This document shows, piece after piece, positions 1 to 10,106 of a DNA stretch of 21,732 nt. The DNA is from Malacoraja senta (Eukaryota), in NCBI GenBank assembly GCA_038087875.1, contig JAXLNO010000077.1, positions 62,001 to 83,732 of the forward strand, in the 5' to 3' direction. Position 1 is the stretch's first letter, and each line of letters starts with the position of its first letter. The notes beneath the pieces are model-generated. The model did no database searches. It had not been told where the DNA came from and saw only the letters and a program-made list of their open reading frames with translations. Both the position numbers and the translations under genes were made by a program.

Positions 1-554
1 CTAGATTCCGCAGAACATTTCTTTTTCATTTAATGGGCATTTACAATTCCAAAACATTTGGTGACAACTTTAAATAGTGTAGATGATTTTCCTGTTTAGA
101 TTAGTAGAAGATTGTCCAAGAGATCCTAACATGGTGAACCAGAACACAAGTGCCCACTGTTTAATAATAAGAGGTACAGGACCGATCTGGACAATGTTGG
201 CCGCCATTCACTGAATGTCCATTTGCCTACTAAAGTCAATGACATTCAGAAAGAAAGGAATAAGCTAAACAGGGTAGAAAGCACATACAAGGTGATGTCA
301 CATTTAAACCATAATATCAAATAATTAAACAACTTAAGATGGCGGTCATTGGGTCCATCATGCTTGCGGCATTCAATTCTCCCCATTTCACTGACTCTTT
401 CAGCAAAGTCTTGCAAATGTATTCTTACTTTTTAAACAAATCTTTTGTTACTAGCCGTTGAATCTGCTTCAACTGTCCTTTCACATACCAAATCATGGCT
501 ACACACATTTAAAACTATTTTAAAACAGCAAAAAAAATAAAAACAATTGGAGAG

Positions 555-722
555 AGAAGATACAAAGAATTGCAGATGTTAGTTCACAACAAAGTGCTGG
601 AGTAACTCAGCTTGTCAGGCAGCATCACTGGAGAATATGGATAGATTACATTTTTGGTCGGAACCCTTCTTCAAACTCATTGACAAATAGGATTTTGGAT
701 TGGGACCCTTCTTCAGATTTGT
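555..722 (-). repeat. Chondrichthyan Penelope-type non-autonomous repeat with two decayed minimal hammerhead-ribozyme cores
   Basis: Resembles a common skate/shark repeat as I recall it (aaagtgctggagtaactcagc...tcaggcagcatc...cccttcttcag). The minus strand reads CTGAAGA-AGGGT..ATCC-AAAAT (692-716) and TTGAAGA-AGGGT..GACC-AAAAAT (650-674), i.e. CUGANGA-stem II-GAAA with the GAAA mutated. Confidence 0.6.
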
Positions 723-731
723 TCCTGATAA

Positions 732-1462
732 AGTCATAGAGTCATATAGCGTGGAAACAGGTAACTTTGGCCCAACTGCCTACGCCAACCAACATGCCCT
801 ATCTTCCTTAGTCCCACCTGCCCATCTATTCCTCTCATGATCTTATACACCTCTATAAGATCACCCCTCAACCTCCTGCTCTCCAAGGAATAAAGTCCTA
901 GCCTGCTCAACCCCTCCCGATAGTTCAGGCACTCAAACCCAGGCAAGATCCTCGTAAATCTTCTCTGCACCCCCTTTCCAGCTTAACAGCAGGTTTCCTA
1001 TAATAGGGTGAACAAAACTGAACACAATACTCTAAATGAGTAATGTGGCCTTTAAATGAAGGGCAATGTGCCGAAAGCCCCCAGACCACCCTATCTACCT
1101 ATGATGCCACTTTCAAGGAACTGTGTAGGTCCTGTCCTGGTTAGACCTCCTAAAATGCAACAACTCACAGTTTTCTGTATTAAACTCCATCAAGCATTCC
1201 TCAGACCACCTGCCCAATCAAGATCGTGCTGCAATTTTTGACAACTATCTTCAGTATCTACAATACCACATATTTAGTGTCATCTGCAAACTTACTAATC
1301 ATGCCTTGTTCGTTCTCTTCCAAATAATTTCTATAGATGACAAACAGCAATGTGCCCAGCACCGAACCCCGAGAAACACTTCTAGTCACAGCCCTTTAGT
1401 CCGATAAACAACCTTCCACCATCACCTTCTGTTTCCAAGCCAATTTTCTATCCAGTCATCTA
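732..1462 (-). mobile_element. CR1-clade LINE, 5'-truncated 3' portion (RT end, ORF2 C-terminus, 3' UTR), decayed
   Basis: Minus strand has a GSVLG-like motif (~1355-1372), ISKFADDT (~1278-1300) and the CR1 C-terminus YREGLSRLGLYSLESRRLRGDLIEVYKIMRG (ORF 734-970). It ends in a ctatgact-type tail at 732-747. Confidence 0.9.
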
Positions 1463-2459
1463 TCTCTCTTATATTAATTAAAATTCTAATGCAAGTTGAC
1501 TCATCTACATACTTTATTGCAGTTTAGAAATTATAGTTTAAATACAATATTAATTATAAAATCTAAAAAGAAAATTCTCAAAAAGTGCATATGCAGTATT
1601 TCAGTAATGTCAGCAGCAATTTCCAAACAAGGAAATCTTTCCATGTCACTCCCTCTATGCTGGTCATCCACTCTCTTACGGAAGACCTCACTGTCCAGAC
1701 ATGCATATGATTGCAAAAATACTGGGAGAGATAAAATGCAGGAGTAAAGCTGGGGCCAAGCAAAAGACACACTCATCCTAGGCTGAACTGCAGTTCCCTG
1801 TGAAATGAGGTTCACGTGCTGGTGTGATGTCTGTAAATCAATCGCTGATCCTGGAGCTGGTGGACATCACAGCCCAAGACATTAAGAGGATGTGCAATAC
1901 GCTCAGACGCAAAAAGGACATCAATTTTCTAGAAAAGGTTACTGCCACCCCGAACTGGTGTTAATATCGGGGGGGGGGAAACAGCATAAAGACCAAGTAG
2001 AGCAAACAAAATAGAATCAGAGAAATAAGAGGTAGCATAGACAAAACATTGCTCTCAAGTCATTAGAGAAAAGCAATGCCTGTGACAATGAACAGAATAA
2101 TACTGATCAGAAAAAAAATTGAAGGATATGGGGAAGTTTTGAGAAAAATTAGTACATTCTGATCTCCACAAAGAACTGAAATTTTTTGTAGCTTGCCAAA
2201 ATTCAAACGCAAATATATTTTGGGAGAAAATAATGGAAGGATGCAACCCATCTCCTTTTAGGTAAAAGTTGCATACAATGATTTTAACAGCTAATGGGAC
2301 GCACTAGTGAGCATTACAGAACAACTACTAATCAAAATGTAACCATCCCCAAGAACAGAATGGAACAGGGATGTTGCCAGTTTTAAGTAGCATCTTCAAG
2401 GAGATAGGATAGGAGAGGTACAGTGTTTTTGAAGGGAGATTCCCTGCTCAAGATTTGTA

Positions 2460-2802
2460 CGGCACAATGGCGCTGTTATTAGAGCCATTGCCGCAAGCCA
2501 GTCTTGGACCCTATCCTGAACTTGGGTGCTGTCTATGTGGAAGTGCATATTCTCTCTTTGACTGAATAGGTTTCCTCAGGGTGTTCTGGTTTCCTCCTCA
2601 TCCCAAAGACATGCAGGTTGGTAAATTAATTAGCCACTGTAAATTGCTCAAGTGTGTAGCTGGGTGGTAGAATCTGGAGGTAGTTGAAGAAAATAGAGAT
2701 CATTTTAAAATATGATTAATATAGGATTACTATAAATGTGGTTGATGGTTGGTGGGGACTCAGTATGTTGAAGAGCCTGATTCCATGCTGTATCCCTCTA
2801 CA
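2460..2802 (+). mobile_element. tRNA-derived V-SINE (HE1-like) with CR1-type tail
   Basis: Decayed tRNA-like head (ggcacaatggcgc...), V-domain core ggtttcctcagggtgttctggtttcctcctcatcccaaagac, and CR1-like tail gaagagcctgattccatgctgtat. Confidence 0.8.
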
Positions 2803-3524
2803 ATACTATGTCTTAACCAGCTAAAAGTCCTGCCACAGTTGGTAATGTGCCTAAATCAGGAATCTACACAAGAGTAAGAGATATCAGAAGGTTTAAGAAT
2901 CCGTAGAGGTTACAAATTGGTGATTGTTAGCCGGGGAACACAAAGATTGAGATTTTCTTTTAAATGAAGCACTGTTGGACAGAGCCAATGCAGATCTCCT
3001 AGCACAGAGCTGGCAAGTTAAAACAACATGCCGATACACTGCAGGCTTGTAAAGATATTCTTCTACAATTAGTTAACAAACAAACTGATACTCAAGTTCA
3101 CAAAGTGTTAACATTAGCCAAAAGTCAACAAATATCCTATCTTGTTTTACGTTGTGGCTTCTGATACAATATTATCACAATTAATCTTTGATATTTTCAT
3201 TTTATCTATCCAGGTTAAGACGTCATCCAGTTCAGTTCAACTCGGTATATAAACTGAACAATAAAATAGAAGAACATTTCGAACTTTGAACATTTTAAAG
3301 GGTTTTTAATTTAATCTTTGGCCTGTCAAGAGTAAAAAAAACAACTAAATGTGTAGTAGACATTTGCAAATGTCTATGAAATAAAACAAATTCTGATGTT
3401 TAGTAGCTCTTTCACTTTTTTCCCCCAAAGGGCAGGTAATAGCTTCCTAAACTTAGCCACATCCGTCAACAAAAATTGAAATTATCAAAAGATATCAATT
3501 TGGGATTTATTTTTACATTTTATT

Positions 3525-4150
3525 GCCTTATCCTTCCTAATTCCTATTGAGAGTGGCCTTTTTAAACTGCAGTCATTTGTGTGAAGGTCCAGTTATAGAG
3601 TTGATCAATTGAAAGTTCTGGGGTTTAAAATTTAGGAATGATGAAGGTTTAACTGACAAATTTCCAAGTCATGAAGAGAGTTCGGATGGGCTGGTCTTCC
3701 CATAGATGAAGATCCTCATTCTTCTAAGTGGTGGGAACTGCAGGTTGACAAAATGCAGGCTCACCTATATGATCAATGGACAGTATTCCACCAGATTTTC
3801 TTGTATATGATGAAATCACTCCAAGGAGTCAGAATATTAATCACTCCTGGTGGGCCATTTAACCTCAGACTGGCTCTTGGAGCCACAGTATTTTGGTGCC
3901 TGGTCCAGTTGTTTCCGAATGACAAGGTAGAGTGCTTCAACTCTTCACTGATGGAAAAAGACATTGCCTAATATTGTCATGGCTGACTTATTTGGTAGGC
4001 AATTCTGAACTTTGACCAGATTTTGCTCCATTTAAGCACGGTCTGCTTCATTATCTGAGGAGCTGACAATAAGATCATCACTTCATCAGCAAACAATACA
4101 TTTATGGAGCAGGGAAGATAACTAATAAAGCAGCTGAAGATTTTGCCAAG
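3525..4150 (-). mobile_element. Old, heavily decayed CR1/L2-group LINE fragment
   Basis: Minus-strand LFADE (FADD-like, ~4080-4097), followed by NWTRHQNTVAPRASLRL...LTP...IYK (ORF 3773-3964), resembling the post-RT region of shark CR1-like LINEs. Many frameshifts. Confidence 0.6.
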
Positions 4151-4159
4151 ACCTTTAAA

Positions 4160-4255
4160 ATATTCCACCTGAAATGTTAACATTGTTTTTCTTTCCATAG
4201 GCATTGCCTGACTGCTGACTATTTCGATTATTTTCTGGCTTATTTCAATTCTTCA
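4160..4255 (+). repeat. Fragment of a related Penelope-type repeat in the opposite orientation
   Basis: cctgaaatgttaac...ctttccataggcattgcctgactgctgactatttc resembles the reverse complement of 590-655. Confidence 0.45.
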
Positions 4256-4399
4256 TTTGACTTCCTTATTGATTTGTCTGCACCTGAATCATGAAGATGG
4301 AGTACAATTTAATGGATGTCCACCATCACCACCATTTTATGCAAGAGGGATACGGCAAGAGGGATACGGCTAGTAAGGGCTGGCAGGCTGTTCAATTAT

Positions 4400-4700
4400 A
4401 AACAAATGTGCCCTACAGCTCATTGGTCCATGCGAACCAACATGCACCGATTTACACTAATCCTATTTTATACTCCACTTATTCCCATTCATTCCTCCCA
4501 AATTGTTCCACCTCATACACAATAGGTGCACTTTACAATAGTCAATTAACCTACCAATCCAAGTGTTTTTAGGGTGTGAAGGAAACCGGAGCATCTGGAG
4601 GTAACCCGGGCAATCACAAGAACAACAGGCAAACTTCACGCAGACAGCACCCAAGGTCAGGATTGCACTTGGGTTAGTGGAATTATAAACTATCAGCTAT
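4400..4700 (-). mobile_element. V-SINE (HE1-like), minus strand
   Basis: Reverse-complement V-domain ggaaaccggagcatctggaggtaacc, followed by caaacttcacgcagacagcacccaaggtcaggatt. Homologous to 2460-2802. Confidence 0.8.
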
Positions 4701-5039
4701 ATTTCTTGCTGAATTGGTTAGCACAGATTAGAAATTGAATCTGAAATCTTTAATGTTTTTACTTAATGAATACTTGAGCTAAACATTAATAGAACTACCA
4801 AGTTTTGATATTTTTAGCATTATCTACACAGGCTAACAAAATTTCCAAATAGTAGTGGTTTGGAATCTGGCAAGTGAAACTTACAGACACACAGCAATAA
4901 AATCAAATGCAATGAACTAATTGATGATATGGCAAAGAAATATCATTTTGAGACTGAAAAACAAGAAAGAAAAAGGAAAATAAATGGTACCTGTCTGTGG
5001 CGACATTTTGCCAGCAGCACAACAGAAAATCATCAAATA

Positions 5040-5470
5040 CATGGGCCGCGGAACCGGGGGGTGGGGCTGCAGCCTCCCCCCCCCCCCCCCCCCACTTTTT
5101 TGGCTAGACATGTCTCAGTGTCTCCGGCTTTGGACGAGGCGCTACTGTGCTCTGAGCAACCTGGTCGAGGGTGTTGGAGAGCCGGGGCGGAGGGAGGGAT
5201 GGAAGCAGAAGCAGCGGCGGGGACAGATGCGGACGGGGAGCCGGGGCTGGCGAGTGTTTGCGGGGCTGGCGAGCCGCTCGCTGTAGCTCCGGCCATGGAG
5301 CAGCCTCAGTGCAAGAGTCCCGGGCCGTCGAAGGCGGCCGGGCCTCGGATCGAAGGCGGGGAGGAAGCGTTGCGCCGCTGCCGTGAGAGTCTCTGCGCCG
5401 AATTCGTCCTGGAGACCAGCATGGATCAGGCTGCGGCTCGGTGCATCCTGGAGGACAACCAGTGGCTGCT
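5040..5470 (+). promoter_or_regulatory. CpG island / promoter-first exon region
   Basis: Abrupt GC- and CpG-rich segment in an AT-rich background. GC box ggggcgg at 5184-5190, just upstream of a strong-Kozak ATG (5199). Confidence 0.7.
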
Positions 5471-5474
5471 GGAA
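5199..5474 (+). CDS. TDP2: First coding exon of a tyrosyl-DNA phosphodiesterase 2 (TDP2)-like gene: low-complexity N-terminus plus UBA-like domain
   Basis: Encodes ...RRCRESLCAEFVLETSMDQAAARCILEDNQWLLE, matching the TDP2 pattern LC.EF....S.D.A.A.C.L..N.W..E. Ends at phase-0 donor GAA|GTAGGT (5474/5475), where I recall TDP2 intron 1 lies (before RALNSYF). Two in-frame Kozak ATGs: gggATGG (5199) and gccATGG (5295). Exon 2 not found in the window. Confidence 0.75.
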
Positions 5475-5591
5475 GTAGGTACCAAGCACTGGGTACAAGC
5501 AGTGGAAGTTAGTGGCCTTCAAATGGGGGTGGTTGGATAAAGCATCCTGCTTGCCTGCTAGATTTTCACTCTTACTGTAACTGCAGGAAAA

Positions 5592-5900
5592 AAATGTCCC
5601 CATGTTGGGGGAATCCAGAACCAGAGGTCACAGTTTAAGAATAAGGGGTAGGCCATTTAGGACTGAGATGAGGAAAAACTTTCTTCACCCAGAGAGTTGT
5701 GAATCTGTGGAATTCTCTGCCACAGAAGGCAGTGGAGGCCAATTCACTGGATGTTTTCAAGAGAGAGTTACATTTAGCTCTTGGGGCTAAAGGAATCAAG
5801 GGATATGGGGAAAAAACAGGAAAGGGATACTGATTTTAAATGATCAGCCATGATCATCTATAATGGCGATGCTGGCTCGAAGGGTCGAATTACCTATTCT
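5592..5900 (+). mobile_element. CR1 LINE 3' end
   Basis: ESRTRGHSLRIRGRPFRTEMRKNF, then (frameshifted) RVVNLWNSLP, and a typical CR1 3' UTR (gatcagccatgatc...ggctcgaagggtcgaat). Confidence 0.9.
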
Positions 5901-5985
5901 ACATAACTTGCTCATGCTTGAGTATATGGCAATAAATCTCGACCACTTGATTTTGAAGCATTCATGCATGGTGGAAGTATAATGT

Positions 5986-6282
5986 AGTCATAGAATGATA
6001 CAGCGTGAAAACAGGCCCTTAGGCCCAACTTGCCAACACACACCAACATGTCCCAGCTACCTGCGTTTGGTCCACATCCCTCCAAACCTGTCCTATCCAT
6101 GTATCAGTCTAACTGTTTCATAAATGTTGGGATAGTCCCTGCCTCAACTGCCTCAACTAACAGCTTGTTCCATCCATCCATCACCCTTTGTGTGGAAAAC
6201 CCCCTCAGATTCCTATGAAATCTTTTCCCCTTCACCTTAAACCTGTCCTCTGGTCCTCGATTCACCTACTCAGGGCAAGAGT
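5986..6282 (-). mobile_element. CR1 LINE 3' end, minus strand
   Basis: Tail agtcatagaatgatacagcgtgaaaacaggccct...ggcccaact is homologous to 732-790. The ORF2 C-terminal remnant lies at higher coordinates. Confidence 0.85.
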
Positions 6283-6577
6283 GCATTGAAATGTATATTT
6301 CTAATGCATTTTAGATTTCTCGAAAGACTTACTTTAAAAAAAGTAAAGTTTCCACAAACATATACCCCCTTTATTAATGTCATGGATTGATGGTTCTAAA
6401 TTCAAATCAAAATGAAATATATGTCAAAAGGAGAACGCATACTTTAAAAATATGACAATATGAAATTTGTATGACTTTGCAAAATCAGGAAATGTTATGA
6501 TTATCTCTTGTCCATTTTTCCAACTACAAACAAAAAAAAATAGCACTTGAAACTATAACACATTTTAAAGTTTTTTT

Positions 6578-9322
6578 GTCGACTGCGGCACCAGAGTACT
6601 AAACACCCTTGACAACTGCTAACGACCATTAAGGATGCCTATCACTCTATCCCTCACTTCAGGAAATCCGACCATTCAGCAGTGCTGCTTCTTGCTGCAT
6701 ACAGGCTGCAACTGAAGAGTGCATCCCCAGAGGTGAGGACTGCACAGAGCTGGTCTGGGGAGGCAGAGGAACAACTACAGGACTGCTTGGAGTCAGTACA
6801 CTGGGAAATGTTCAAGGACTCGGCAACGGACCTGAATGAATTCACTACAGTCGTTACAGATTTCATAAGGAAATGTGTGGAGGACTGTGTTCCCACAAAA
6901 ACCTTCCGAGTGTTTCCTAACCAGAAGCCTTGGATGAATCAGGAGATCCGCATTCTTCTGAAGACCAGATCCCAGGCATTCAGGTCGGGTGATGCAAAGG
7001 TCTATAAGAAGTCCAGATACGACCTTGACAAGGCCATCAAAAGGCCAAGAGGGACTTCCGCTCAAAGCTGGAGGATTGGGCGGATGTTCGGCAATTGTGG
7101 CAGGGTTTGAATGCCATCACCTCCTACAATGCGAAATCAGGAGGCAGCTCAAGCAACAGCGAAGCATCACTCCCTGAAGAGCTCAATGCGTTCTACGCAC
7201 GCTTTGATAGGGAGAACACTGATGTGCCTTCCCGAGCCCCCATACGCCCTGATGATATTACAGGCACAGTCACAGAGGCAGACATCAGAAGATCCATCAG
7301 GAGGGTGAAGCCTCGGAAAGCGCCTGGACCTGATGATATACTCGGTCGAGTTCTCAAAACCTGTGGAGACCCACTGGCTGGAGTTTTTGCGGTCATTTTC
7401 AACCTCTCACTACTGAGGTTCCCACCTGCTTTAAGAGGGCATCAATAAAACCGGTGCCCAAGAAGAGTAAGGTGTCGTGCCTCAACGACTATCGACCAGT
7501 GGCACTAACGTCCGTGGTGATCAAGTGCTTTGAGAGGTTGGTTATTGAGCATATGTGAAATGGCGGCGCCTCGCGGCAGCGGCCCCTACAGTCCGTCTGT
7601 CCTTTTTATATTTTTGTCCCGTTCAATGTGGAGTTTGCTGTGGCTTTGCTGTGAAGCGGCCTCCAGCCGGAACGACCTGGGGGCTCCAGTCGCGGAGCCT
7701 GCGGACTTACCGTCGTGGGGCTATCCGGCCTCGGAGCGTGAGGAGCTGTAGTGGCACGCGGCTGCGGCCAGACTTTGGGGCTTCGGAGGCTACAGCTGCA
7801 GGCATGTGGACGGTGACATCGGGAGCTCGCGGGTCCCTGGTGGGAGACCGCTTCTCGGAGCTCCCGCAACGACAACTTCTCCCGAGTTGCGGGGCTGAAA
7901 ATGACCCGGAGCGGGGTCTGACATCGCCCAGCGCGGATTTAATGGCCGCGGGACTTGACATCGTCCGCCAGGTGCTCCAACATTAAGACCCGGAGCAGGG
8001 CCTTACATCACAGGCGCGGCCTTAACGGCCACGGGACTTACCATCGCCCGCCGGGGGCTTTAACATCGGGAGAGGATGGAGAGCAGGGGAGTGACAAGAC
8101 TTTGCCTTCCATCACAGTGAGGAGGAGATTCACCGTGATGGATGTCTGTGTGAATTGAGTTGTGTGTCTTGTAAAATTGTTTCTTTTTGTCCTTAACATC
8201 CTCATCCACAGACCACAGTCTGTTCAAATTGGCAGAAATACTTCACCCTCATTAACAATCAGTATGGGAGCACCTCAAGGCTGCGTTCTCAGCCCCCTGC
8301 CTTACTCGTTCTATACTCATGACTGTGTAGCCGGACATAGCGCAAACTCCATCGTCAAGTTCGCCGACGACACCACCCTTGTAGGAGAAATAACAGATGG
8401 CTATGAGTCAGAGTATAGAACCGATTGACCAAATGGTGCCAGCACAACAACCTGGCTCTCAATATCAGTAAAACCAAGGAACTGATTGTGGACTTTCGAA
8501 GAGGAAGGATGAGGACCCACAATCCTGTTTCTATCAATTGGACAATGGCGGAGAGAGTCAAAAACTTCAAATTCCTGGGCGTGCACATTTCCGAAGATCT
8601 TTCCTGGACCCAGCACACTGATGGAATTATAAGGAAAGCACATCAGCGCCTCTACTTCATGAGAAGATTACGGAGATTCGGTATGTCAAAGAGGATTCTC
8701 TTGAACTTCTACAGGTGCACAGTAGAGAGCATATTGACTGGTTGCATCATTGTCTGGTTCGACAACTTAAACGTCCGGGAGCTGAAAAGACTGCAAAGTC
8801 TTGGTGATGGACTGGGCAGTGAACACTGCCCAGTCCATCACCGGCTCTGACCTCCCCACCATCGAAGGGATTTATCGGAGTCGCTGCCTCAAAAAAGGCA
8901 GCCAACATCATCAGAGACCCACAACATCCTGGCCTCACACTCATTTCACCACTGCCATCGGGAAGAAGGTACAGGAGCCTGCAAACCGTAACGTCCAGGT
9001 TCAGGAACAGCTTCTTCCCTACAGCCATGAGGCTATTAAACACTACAACCTCATATAGGATCTGAACTACAAAAGACTATTTTATTATTATTGTTGCACT
9101 GTTGTTTTTTTTTTTATGTGCGTGTATATACAGTATATACTTATGTTGTGAGTATGTGTATATATATACACACACTGAGCTTTTCTTTTCTCTCTCTCGT
9201 TTGTCATATCATACTATGTTTGCATATTCTGTTGTGCTGCAGCAAGTAAAAATGTCATAGTTCTATCTGGGACATATGACAATATGACATATGACAATAA
9301 AACACTTTTGATTCTTGAATTT
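6578..9322 (+). mobile_element. Rex1/Babar-clade LINE, 5'-truncated, frameshifted, interrupted by a GC-rich insert
   Basis: End of APE domain (PHFRKSDHSAVLL), linker (FPNQKPWMN; LPEELNAFYARFD; KAPGPD), [22 protein letters not shown] motifs GAPQGCVLSPL and IVKFADDTT, then KTKELIVDFR, FKFLGVHI, FYRCTVESILT, RFRNSFFPTA. 3' end ATGACAATAAA (9291-9301) with a short ttga-type tail. Confidence 0.9.
7555..8189 (+). mobile_element. GC-rich non-coding retroposon (copy 1; 5' part present, 3' end missing) nested in Rex1 RT
   Basis: Interrupts Rex1 after ...FERLVIEH, and the RT resumes at ...LNILIHRPQSV. Starts AAATGGCGGCG and contains a tandem duplication with 84-bp period. Shares the block aagacttt-gcct-ccatcacagtgaggagg and a hairpin with 17403-17702. 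Confidence 0.75.
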
Positions 9323-10106
9323 GGTGATCTTGAGATGCCAGCATCATCTGTTATTTGAAATTAAAAAAGCTAGTTGCTGATTAAAAATGAGAGATTTTGA
9401 TAACTCCCACAAATTGGTTAAATGACATGTGGCATTTGGTCTTTTTTATCTCAATTATGTAACACACACATACCGATGGAACTGATTACTACTTAAGATA
9501 CAATGGGAAAATTATTTTAGTAGTAGTTAAAACTACTACTACTGAGAATTTGCCTTCTCAAATCTGCTTTGACCATGTAAAATAATGGTTTGCTTTGCCT
9601 TGTGTGCTATGATGCATGACCTATCCAAAGCAGAAGCACATATTGGAAAATATATGGCATCAGCTCCACGGTATTCATTGTAGCAAAACTAGTGGATAGA
9701 TGACTCTGGACGCTGCAATGTCCCAAGATGTATTCCAGTGTGAGAGTATTTCCTCATTTAAGGTAAATGTTGATTTTCTTTGGTCATTTCATTCACATTC
9801 TTCCAAAATCATAAGTCCAATCACAGAGGGTTAAATACAATAATTTATATTGAAACTCCTGGACTGAGATAGTGCTGCCCCTTAGGAGAGATTCCGATTT
9901 CTAGCATCTGCAGCTTTTTTTGTTAATTTTCATGTGAGGAAGATGTCTTACGGATGACATGTTAAAATAAGGCCGTCTCCCTTCTTGAGAGAGCCCAATT
10001 TGTGGAGTAGAATAGTTCTCCTCAGCACCTTTGTCAACATTTATCTCATTAACAATACCATAACAAAATCTGGTCATTTATTGCAATGACTAGGCAAGCA
10101 ACCATA

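Noticed and set aside
199..345. Two YY1-like motifs (ggccgccatt 199-208; aagatggcgg 336-345)
   Set aside because: No CpG island or other promoter evidence; cannot be distinguished from chance without conservation data.
4030..4100. FADEVMILLSAP as PCCA exon 5 (MADEAVCVGPAP)
   Set aside because: No splice sites, and the context continues as a decayed CR1-like RT (FADD motif).
1..5040. ACOT13 exon(s) head-to-head with TDP2
   Set aside because: No minus-strand peptide resembling ACOT13 (e.g. GTLHGG) was found by eye.
4929..5540. 203-aa ORF as a single-exon gene
   Set aside because: The 5' part crosses AT-rich DNA and a poly-C run. Only 5199-5474 has protein similarity, and it ends at a splice donor.
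7530..8158. Several overlapping 67-143 aa ORFs in the GC-rich insert
   Set aside because: Expected from stop-poor GC-rich sequence; no recognisable domain, open on both strands.
9822..9872. RGLNTIIYIETP as TDP2 exon 2
   Set aside because: The available AG puts it out of phase 0, similarity is weak, and a stop follows.
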